Of a DNA stretch of 64,000 nt, positions 36,254-44,065 are shown piece by piece; within the stretch, counting starts at the first letter, position 1; the number at the start of each line of letters is the position of its first letter. A program made the position numbers and the translations under genes. Source of the DNA: Patescibacteria group bacterium (GTDB lineage Bacteria; Patescibacteriota; Microgenomatia; UBA8517); contig JBBTWO010000012.1 in NCBI GenBank assembly GCA_038062745.1, positions 249 to 64,248 of the forward strand. The letters run 5' to 3'. Under the pieces are notes generated by a model. The model did not search any database. It had not been told where the DNA came from and was given only the letters and a program-made list of their open reading frames with translations.

Positions 36254-37424
36254 GAAATTAATAACAAAAATAAAATTAATCGCGGTAGCAGGGTTTATAC
36301 TCAGCTTTGCGATTTATCTTTTTACCTCTGCAGGTAATACTCCTTATGATTATTTTACCCGACTTTCAGACTCTTTTGTTCAAGGAAAATATTATCTACA
36401 AGAAGGACCTCCTTGGTTGTCAGAATTAATTCCAGCTGGACCTAAAAAATTCTATGTTGTTTATCCACCAATGCCAGCAATTGCTGCAATTCCATTCAGG
36501 TTAGTGTTCCAACAAAGTTTCCACCAACAATATTTAGCTCATTTATTTGGTGCAGGCATTGTTGCCATAACAATTTTAATTTCATGGACAACTAAAAAAG
36601 ATACTAAGCTAGCAGTTTGGTCGGGACTATTAGCCAGTGTGGGGACAATAATGTGGTTTTTGTCTTCAGTTGGCTCATCTTGGTATCTGGGCCAAATTTC
36701 TGCAGCTTTCTTTATGATGATTGCGATCTATGAATCCTTAAATAAAAAGCGTCCATTTGTTATTGGAGTATTCTTGGGAGCGGCATTTTTGTCTCGTATT
36801 CACACGATTATTGCCTTTCCATTTTTCTTATATGTTCTTTTTGGCAAGGATTGGTTTAAAAAATATTTCCTGTTGGGACTGGGGGTTTTGCCATTTATAT
36901 TGTTCAACTTTTATTACAACTTCATTCGTTTTGGAACCATTCTCGATCAAGCCTATTTTATTCTCCCCAAACTCTTAGGTGAAGAGAACCGGCCCTGGTT
37001 CATTCATGGCGTTGCCAATCCTATTTATATACCCAACAACATTAAAGCCATGTTTTGGACTTTTCCCAAAATTTTAGATAAATTTCCCTTCATCCAACCA
37101 TCTTGGGCAGGACTGGCTATTTGGATAACAACCCCGGCTTTCATATATGCATTCTTCGCGCATCTAAAAGATAAAATTAACCTTCTTGCTTGGGTCTCAA
37201 TTTTTCTTGTGTTTTTAATCGTTGCTTCCCATGGAGGTACTGGCTGGGCACAATTTGGATACAGGTTTGCAGTCGACTTCTATCCTTTCCTAATTTTTCT
37301 TACAATTAAAGGGGTTGCAAAAACAGGGGTTAAGTGGCACCACTGGCTATTTCTTTTCGTAAGTGTATTGGTAAACACCTGGGGAGTACTCTGGATTAAT
37401 AAATTCGGTTGGGTAACCTTTTAG
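36252..37424 (+). CDS. Multi-TM GT-C-like membrane protein
   Basis: YVVYPPMPA, GW.QFGYRFAVDFYP, about 10 TM helices. Confidence 0.72.
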   Translation: MKLITKIKLIAVAGFILSFAIYLFTSAGNTPYDYFTRLSDSFVQGKYYLQEGPPWLSELIPAGPKKFYVVYPPMPAIAAIPFRLVFQQSFHQQYLAHLFGAGIVAITILISWTTKKDTKLAVWSGLLASVGTIMWFLSSVGSSWYLGQISAAFFMMIAIYESLNKKRPFVIGVFLGAAFLSRIHTIIAFPFFLYVLFGKDWFKKYFLLGLGVLPFILFNFYYNFIRFGTILDQAYFILPKLLGEENRPWFIHGVANPIYIPNNIKAMFWTFPKILDKFPFIQPSWAGLAIWITTPAFIYAFFAHLKDKINLLAWVSIFLVFLIVASHGGTGWAQFGYRFAVDFYPFLIFLTIKGVAKTGVKWHHWLFLFVSVLVNTWGVLWINKFGWVTF

Positions 37425-38515
37425 AAGTTTGCTTTAACCCATTTATGAACATCTTCCCATGTTCCTGCCGTTGGGACAAACACATACTGATAATCATGTT
37501 TTGAAGTAATCGCCGGCACTTGTAATAGTTCTTGGGGTAAAACATACGTCGTCAAATTGTCTTTAGCAAAAAAGACTACTCTTGCTAAAACTACTAAGTT
37601 TGAATCAGTTAAATCAGTTTCAATCGAGCTTCTGACTGCATTGGCAACAGCCAAAACTTTCGCAGGATGGAACAAGATGTCTTTACTCAAGAGTTTTGCT
37701 TTCATGGCAGAAATGACACTTTGTTGTCTGGCTGATCTGGCAATGTCTGTGCCCTCGTCACCATCAGCATGCCGTGATCTAACAAACTTGAGAGCTGTTT
37801 CACCGTCCATTTTTTGCAACCCCTGTTTAAACTCAATTGATTCATATCTACAAGCAAAAGTTTTATCGCCACCACATAAGTCATTTTCCTTTCCCGGAAT
37901 TGGGAACTCCTGATCAATGAAACTATTTTCTACATAAACTTCAATTCCTCCCATATTATCAATGATGTCTTTGAAACCTGAAAAATCAATTACGACTGCA
38001 TAGTGAACAGGTTGACCGGTGATTTGTTCAATCGTTGACTTGGCTAGTGGTAAGCCACCATTTTCTTGTTTTTGGTTTCCCCAATAATAGGCACTATTTA
38101 ATTTGGCACGTAAATCTGGAACCCAAATGTCTCTTGGGAATGATACTAATTGAATTTTGGGGTTGATTAAGTCAATTGAGGCAAACATAACGGTGTCGGT
38201 TAAATCTGGCGCATCATGGCCTTGTCCACCTTTACCTAGAACTGCAATATTTGTTTTTCCACTAATAGAAGCTAGATTTGTAGCAGGCAGGAACGCAAAA
38301 TCGCTGGCAAGAGTCATATATCTGGCCAAAGGTGTCCCAGAAAGCAACTTTCCAACACCTATTCCACTAACAAAAAGGACTACTAAAACAAGCAATATAA
38401 TAACCGATCTGGCAAACCAAATGTTTTTTAAAAATTTTCTTTTCAATTTAGAAAACACAAGCTTACTTTTACTCAGTTTCTTGGTATCATGACTAGTATC
38501 CATGGCAAACTCCAT
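37421..38515 (-). CDS. LCP (LytR-CpsA-Psr) family glycan phosphotransferase
   Basis: LTDTVMFAS, SFPRDIWV, KLNSAY, GETALKFVRSRH, DIARSARQQ. Confidence 0.93.
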   Translation of the reverse strand: MEFAMDTSHDTKKLSKSKLVFSKLKRKFLKNIWFARSVIILLVLVVLFVSGIGVGKLLSGTPLARYMTLASDFAFLPATNLASISGKTNIAVLGKGGQGHDAPDLTDTVMFASIDLINPKIQLVSFPRDIWVPDLRAKLNSAYYWGNQKQENGGLPLAKSTIEQITGQPVHYAVVIDFSGFKDIIDNMGGIEVYVENSFIDQEFPIPGKENDLCGGDKTFACRYESIEFKQGLQKMDGETALKFVRSRHADGDEGTDIARSARQQSVISAMKAKLLSKDILFHPAKVLAVANAVRSSIETDLTDSNLVVLARVVFFAKDNLTTYVLPQELLQVPAITSKHDYQYVFVPTAGTWEDVHKWVKANF

Positions 38516-38606
38516 TTTATCATTAAAAGTTCAATACAAAAATAACTACGACAATTTATTTGTATTTAATATGTACAATAACTATAATTAAACACATCCG
38601 AAAATA

Positions 38607-39434
38607 ATGCAAAATCTCACACCAGTACTATCAAGTAAAGCTCCGCCATTGTGGACCAAAGACGAAATTGAGTTTGTTAGATTAAACATTGGCAAACTTA
38701 CATATAAGCAAATGGGAAAAACAATTAACAGAACACCAACTGCAATTCAATCTAAGGTAAGAAAATTGCCATTTCAACAAAAGATCAAAAAGTATCAAAT
38801 AAATTCAAACTTCTTTAAAAAATGGAACTCTGAAATGGCTTACATATTAGGATTCATCTCAGCGGATGGAAATATTTCTCGACACGGCCGAGCACATATG
38901 TTACAGATTGCAAGTGACGATAAGGATGTTATTAAAAAAATTATAAATACACTCAACTCTTCTTCACCCATAATGGAAAGGAGTAGATGGAACGGAAAAG
39001 TTTCTTACCAGTTTAGAGTATCAAATAAAATTATTTTTAACGATTTAATTAAACTTAAAATAACCGAGAGGAAAAGTTTAACCTTAACTCCTCCCCAAAT
39101 TCCTAAGGCATATATCAGCCATTATTTAAGAGGATTCTTTGATGGAGATGGATCAGTTTATGTCAACAAAAGAAGTAACAGTATAGTTTCTGAGTGGTAT
39201 AGTGCAAGTGTAAAAATGGCAAATTATATTTATAAAAATATTAAACACATATGTCCAGAATTCAAAGGAAATGTTTCGAAAGTTCTAACACCAAAAAAAG
39301 ATAGGTATTATTATTCAATAACTTTAGGCCACAGAGATTCTTTAATACTTTTTAGGTATTTATATAAAAACGCAACAATATATATGAACAGAAAATACAT
39401 CAAATTCATTGAAGGAGGGGCACACAATGCTTGA
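38607..39434 (+). CDS. Free-standing double-motif LAGLIDADG endonuclease with an N-terminal HTH/Myb-like segment
   Basis: AYILGFISADG and YLRGFFDGDGSV motifs; N-terminal WTKDEIEFVR..TYKQMGK.INRT. Confidence 0.88.
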   Translation: MQNLTPVLSSKAPPLWTKDEIEFVRLNIGKLTYKQMGKTINRTPTAIQSKVRKLPFQQKIKKYQINSNFFKKWNSEMAYILGFISADGNISRHGRAHMLQIASDDKDVIKKIINTLNSSSPIMERSRWNGKVSYQFRVSNKIIFNDLIKLKITERKSLTLTPPQIPKAYISHYLRGFFDGDGSVYVNKRSNSIVSEWYSASVKMANYIYKNIKHICPEFKGNVSKVLTPKKDRYYYSITLGHRDSLILFRYLYKNATIYMNRKYIKFIEGGAHNA

Positions 39435-41277
39435 CATAAAAAATTTGAATCCTCAGCAAAAAGAGGCAGTATTATACGAAGGTGGATCTTTGCTCGTGCT
39501 TGCGGGTGCTGGAAGTGGTAAAACAAAAGTCCTAACATACAGAGCCGCAAACATGATTTCTTCTGGAAAAATTGGTAACAAAAATGTTCTCCTACTTACA
39601 TTCACTAATCATGCGAGTCACGAGATGAAAAACAGAATCAAAGAACTCCTGGCTGCATCTGCTGAAACTGCTGACTTTACGCCCTATGCCGGAACTTTTC
39701 ACTCATTTTGTGTAAAACTTTTAAGAATTGATGGAGAAAAAATAGGTATTGATAAATCATTTGTCATTTACGATGAATCAGACAAAAAAGAGGCTGTTAA
39801 AGATATTTTAGAAAAGTTTAATCTCTCAACCGACTCCTACAACCCAGGGTCAATTGCCAATCAAATTTCAGAAGCCAAAAACCAAATGATCACTCCGCTG
39901 CAATATTCAGAATTTGCCAAAAGCGAATTTGATCAAGTAGTTTTCAAGGTTTATAACGAATATCAAAAGTATCTAAGCGATTCCCAATCCCTTGATTTTG
40001 ATGATTTGCTTACCAAAGGAGTTCAATTATTACAAGATGTTCCAGAGGTACTTAATAAATGGCAAAATAATTTATTCCATATCTTTGTCGACGAATGGCA
40101 GGACACAAATAAAATTCAATACAAATTAGCCAAATTGTTAGTGGGGGAAAATGAAAACATAACTGCAGTTGGAGACGCTTCTCAATCAATATATAGTTGG
40201 CGAGGAGCAGATTACAAAAACATCAATTATCTATCTAAAGATTATCCAAAAATAAAAATCATTAATTTGGAACAAAATTACCGATCCACCCAAGTTATTC
40301 TTGATGCTGCTAATTCGGTTATCTCTAAAAATACCAATCACCCAATCTTGAAACTTTGGACCCAAAATGGCCAAGGAGAAAGAATAAAGATGTTTCGCGC
40401 TAGAAACGGTTTTGACGAGGCAACGTTTGTAGTTGAAGAAATTCAAAAGTTAAAACGCCAAGGTTTTGATTACACTTCAATTGCCATCCTCTATAGAACC
40501 AATGCTCAATCGCGTGTTTTGGAAGAAGCCCTTATTCACCAAGCCATTCCTTACACCTTGGTGGGTGGAGTAAAATTCTATGACAGAAAGGAAGTCAAGG
40601 ATATTATTTCTTACTTGCGTCTTCTTTCTAATCCTAAAGATAAAGTAAGCACCAAAAGATCTGAAAAAATTGGCAAGAAAAAACATGAGAAGTTTTTAGA
40701 ATTCAGCCAATCTTTAGGGGGAGATTTATCTACCTATACAACTCTTGAAATAATGGATGCCATGTTGGCTAAAATTGAGTATTTGAAACTGTTTGAAAAA
40801 GAATCAGAAGAAAATTTACAGAGACTGGAAAACATTAAAGAATTAAGATCTGTTGCTCTTCAGTTTCCAATACTGGCTGAGTTTTTAGAAAGTGTTGCTC
40901 TTGTTGAAGCAGAACAAAATTCCAAGGGAAATTTAGTTCTTACGACAAACAATGAACATGACAAAATCACACTCATGACTCTGCACGCTGCAAAGGGTTT
41001 GGAATTCCCGGTTGTCTTTATGGTTGGTATGGAAGAAGGAATATTCCCTCACTCCAGATCTTTATTTGACAGTTCCCAACTTGAAGAAGAAAGACGGCTT
41101 GCATATGTTGGCATAACTCGCGCAAAAGAGATTCTCTATTTAACTTTTGCAGGCAACAGACTCTTCTTTGGCCAAAAAACCAGCAATCCACCAAGTCGTT
41201 TCCTCATCGATATTCCTCAAGAGCTGATTGATTCAGAAGATGGAGCATACCGAGTAACCAATGGAGATTACTATTGA
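39427..41277 (+). CDS. pcrA: ATP-dependent DNA helicase UvrD/PcrA
   Basis: LNPQQ, LAGAGSGKT, VDEWQDTN, VGDASQSIYSWRGA, LEQNYRS, MTLHAAKGLEFP, EEERRLAYVGITRA. Confidence 0.95.
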   Translation: MLDIKNLNPQQKEAVLYEGGSLLVLAGAGSGKTKVLTYRAANMISSGKIGNKNVLLLTFTNHASHEMKNRIKELLAASAETADFTPYAGTFHSFCVKLLRIDGEKIGIDKSFVIYDESDKKEAVKDILEKFNLSTDSYNPGSIANQISEAKNQMITPLQYSEFAKSEFDQVVFKVYNEYQKYLSDSQSLDFDDLLTKGVQLLQDVPEVLNKWQNNLFHIFVDEWQDTNKIQYKLAKLLVGENENITAVGDASQSIYSWRGADYKNINYLSKDYPKIKIINLEQNYRSTQVILDAANSVISKNTNHPILKLWTQNGQGERIKMFRARNGFDEATFVVEEIQKLKRQGFDYTSIAILYRTNAQSRVLEEALIHQAIPYTLVGGVKFYDRKEVKDIISYLRLLSNPKDKVSTKRSEKIGKKKHEKFLEFSQSLGGDLSTYTTLEIMDAMLAKIEYLKLFEKESEENLQRLENIKELRSVALQFPILAEFLESVALVEAEQNSKGNLVLTTNNEHDKITLMTLHAAKGLEFPVVFMVGMEEGIFPHSRSLFDSSQLEEERRLAYVGITRAKEILYLTFAGNRLFFGQKTSNPPSRFLIDIPQELIDSEDGAYRVTNGDYY

Positions 41278-41290
41278 TGTAAAATAAGTA

Positions 41291-42208
41291 ATGAAAAAAA
41301 ATACTCACCCACTTCAATCTCCCCAATGGGCAGAATTTAGAAAACAATGGGGAAATGAGATATTAAAAACTCTATATGGCTATTTAACCCTTCATAAAAT
41401 TCCCTTAACTAAATTCAAAATTGGGATGTTCATCAAAGGACCAACTCCAACCAAAGAAATGGTCGACTATTTAAAAGATATTGGGAGGAAAAATAACCTT
41501 ATATTTATAAAACTTGAACCAAATGTAAAAAAAGATGAAAGCATCATCAAAAAACTAAAAAGTTGGGGAGCAACTACTGGTAAAACTCTTTTTACACCTT
41601 CAACCTTTTGGATTGACTTAACCCCGTCTGAAGAAGAACTGTTAAAGTCTTTCTCTCAAAAAACTCGTTACAACATTCGTGTTGCACAAAAACACGGAGT
41701 AACAGTTAAGGAAGATAATTCTGACACATCTTTTGAAGAATATTGGAAACTTCACCGCGAAACAACAGCCAGACAAGGCTTTTTCTCTCACACCAAAAGA
41801 TACCATCAGTTAATGTGGAAAATTCTAAGCAAAGCTGGTATTGCTCACATCTTAGCTGCTAAATACAACGGTGAAATAATAACGACTTGGGTGGTGTTCA
41901 CATATGATGGATTTTTATATTACCCATATGGTGGCTCAACCGATAAATATAAACAAGTAATGGCCAACAATTTAATGATGTGGGAAGCAATTAAATTTGG
42001 TAAAAAACACAATCTAACAACTTTTGATCTCTGGGGTAGGGAAGAAAACAAAGGTTTCACCAAGTTTAAAGAGGGCTACAATCCCCAAGTTGTTGAATTT
42101 TTAGGAACTTGGGATTTGGTCATCAACAAACCCCTTTACTGGATCTACAGATTTGCAGAAACAATAAGATGGAAACTACTACGCTTAAGAGCTAAAATCG
42201 GCAGATGA
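41291..42208 (+). CDS. FemABX family peptidoglycan aminoacyltransferase
   Basis: HPLQSPQWAEFR, IDLTPSEEELL.SF.QKTRYNIR.A.K.GV, YPYGGS, LMWEAI, GFTKFKEGY. Confidence 0.92.
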   Translation: MKKNTHPLQSPQWAEFRKQWGNEILKTLYGYLTLHKIPLTKFKIGMFIKGPTPTKEMVDYLKDIGRKNNLIFIKLEPNVKKDESIIKKLKSWGATTGKTLFTPSTFWIDLTPSEEELLKSFSQKTRYNIRVAQKHGVTVKEDNSDTSFEEYWKLHRETTARQGFFSHTKRYHQLMWKILSKAGIAHILAAKYNGEIITTWVVFTYDGFLYYPYGGSTDKYKQVMANNLMMWEAIKFGKKHNLTTFDLWGREENKGFTKFKEGYNPQVVEFLGTWDLVINKPLYWIYRFAETIRWKLLRLRAKIGR

Positions 42209-43059
42209 CAGATCTTCGTCAAACACCTCGCTATGCAAAATATATGCAGTCAATTGGTTGGCATGTTGAAAAAAATGCTGGAGTCTACTGTTTTTCAAAA
42301 CAAATCCCGATTCTTGGAAAATTTATAAAAGTCCAACGACCAAAAAACATAACCCCTTCTCTGTTTAGGAATTTAGAAAAGAAAAAAGCTTTTAAAATTA
42401 TTCTTGAACCGGACTTAACCTCCGCCGCCCAGACCCAATCTAATCATAAACTATTATCCTCCAACAATTTTACAAAAAGCAACTCTCCCTACTTGCCAAG
42501 TAAAACAATCCACATAGACTTAAAGCTTACAGAAGAGGCACTTCTTAAACAAATGAAAGCTAAAACAAGATATAACATAAAAATTGCTAAAAGAAATGGA
42601 GTGATAATAAAAAAATCGACTGACATAACTGCTTTTGCAATTTTTTGGAGTAAAAATGTGGAAGGAAGTATTTTTAATTTCTGGTCGCAAAAAGAAAATA
42701 TAGTAAAAATGTACAAAGCATTTGACAAAAAAACTGATCTTTTAATTGCTTACAAAAATGGAGAAATGTTAGCAGGTATTCTCATGCCACAAACACAAGA
42801 AATTGCTTACTATATGTATGCTGCAGCAAGTAAAAAAGGTAAAAAACTCCACGCTCCAACATTAATTACTTGGGAGGCAATTAAATTGGCAAAAAAGAAG
42901 AAATTAAAAACTTTTGATTTTGAAGGTATATATGACGAGCGATTTCCTCTTAAGTCTTGGTTAGGGTTTTCTAAATTTAAAAAGACTTTTGGAGGAAAAG
43001 AAATTGAATACCCTGGATGTTTTACAAAAACCTACTTTAGATTTACAATAGGCAAATGA
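42205..43059 (+). CDS. FemABX family peptidoglycan aminoacyltransferase (second paralogue)
   Basis: IDLKLTEEALL.QM.AKTRYNIK.A, YYMYAAAS, ITWEAI, GFSKFKKTFGG. Confidence 0.9.
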   Translation: MTDLRQTPRYAKYMQSIGWHVEKNAGVYCFSKQIPILGKFIKVQRPKNITPSLFRNLEKKKAFKIILEPDLTSAAQTQSNHKLLSSNNFTKSNSPYLPSKTIHIDLKLTEEALLKQMKAKTRYNIKIAKRNGVIIKKSTDITAFAIFWSKNVEGSIFNFWSQKENIVKMYKAFDKKTDLLIAYKNGEMLAGILMPQTQEIAYYMYAAASKKGKKLHAPTLITWEAIKLAKKKKLKTFDFEGIYDERFPLKSWLGFSKFKKTFGGKEIEYPGCFTKTYFRFTIGK

Positions 43060-43709
43060 ACAAAAGAGAGATTATTAAAAAGACAAAAGATTACGTAAAA
43101 AAGACTCTTTCAGGTGAAGGGTCGGGTCATGATTGGTGGCATGTATATAGAGTATGGTCTACAGCAAAGACAATAGGAAAAGAAGAAAATGCTGATATGT
43201 TTGTTGTAGAACTCGCATCACTTCTGCATGACATAGCTGATTGGAAATTCAATGATGGTGACGAAGATGCAGGAGCAAGAGCATCAAGAGTTTGGCTAGA
43301 AAGTTTAAATGTTGATTCACAAGTCGTTGATCATGTTTGTAATATTGTAGCCACAAGTTCATTTAAAGGTGCGGGGGTGAAAACAGAAATGAAAACTTTA
43401 GAAGGAAAAGTTATGCAAGATGCCGACAGATTAGATGCAATAGGAGCTATTGGCATCGCAAGAACATTTGCATACGGAGGACATAAAGGAAGAGAGATGC
43501 ACAACCCGGATATAAAACCAGATTTTCACACAACAGCAGAACAATATAAAAACAATGTAACACCAACAATAAATCATTTCTATGAAAAGTTATTACTTTT
43601 AAAAAACTTAATGAACACTAAATCAGCAAAGAGAATGGCTCAAGGAAGACATAAATATATGGAGCAATTTCTAGATAGATTTTACCAGGAATGGGATGGA
43701 AAAAAATAA
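43056..43709 (+). CDS. HD-domain phosphohydrolase (YedJ-like)
   Basis: GHDWWHVYRV, LLHDIADWK, QDADRLDAIGAIGIAR, HFYEKLL. Confidence 0.92.
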   Translation: MNKREIIKKTKDYVKKTLSGEGSGHDWWHVYRVWSTAKTIGKEENADMFVVELASLLHDIADWKFNDGDEDAGARASRVWLESLNVDSQVVDHVCNIVATSSFKGAGVKTEMKTLEGKVMQDADRLDAIGAIGIARTFAYGGHKGREMHNPDIKPDFHTTAEQYKNNVTPTINHFYEKLLLLKNLMNTKSAKRMAQGRHKYMEQFLDRFYQEWDGKK

Positions 43710-44065
43710 AAGCTAGAACATGGAAAGCAATATCCTTGAAACAACCATACGCAAACCTTATCTGTTCTGGACAAAAAAGTATTGAGACCAGAAAATGGCA
43801 GACTAAATATCGAGGAGATTTAGTTATCTGTTCTTCCCAAAATCCTAAAATTGAACCTTTTGGAAAAGCATTGTGTATCGTTGAGGTTTACGACATTGCC
43901 CCAATGCAAATAAAAGATGAACAAAAAGCTTGTATCAAAATCTATCCAAAAGCACACAGTTGGTTTTTAAGAAATCTAAGGGTTATTAAACATCCAATTC
44001 CAGTAAAGGGGAGCTTAAGCATTTATGATTTACTCTTGCCTGACATTGAAGTTGAATCAGTCTGA
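43691..44065 (+). CDS. ASCH domain protein
   Basis: AISLKQPYANLI.SG.KSIETR.W...YRG.L.I. Confidence 0.88.
   Translation: MGWKKIKARTWKAISLKQPYANLICSGQKSIETRKWQTKYRGDLVICSSQNPKIEPFGKALCIVEVYDIAPMQIKDEQKACIKIYPKAHSWFLRNLRVIKHPIPVKGSLSIYDLLLPDIEVESV

Noticed and set aside
38607-39434. Intein or group I intron in pcrA
   Set aside because: The endonuclease is a separate ORF in a different frame with its own start and stop, pcrA is uninterrupted, and no splicing motifs were seen.
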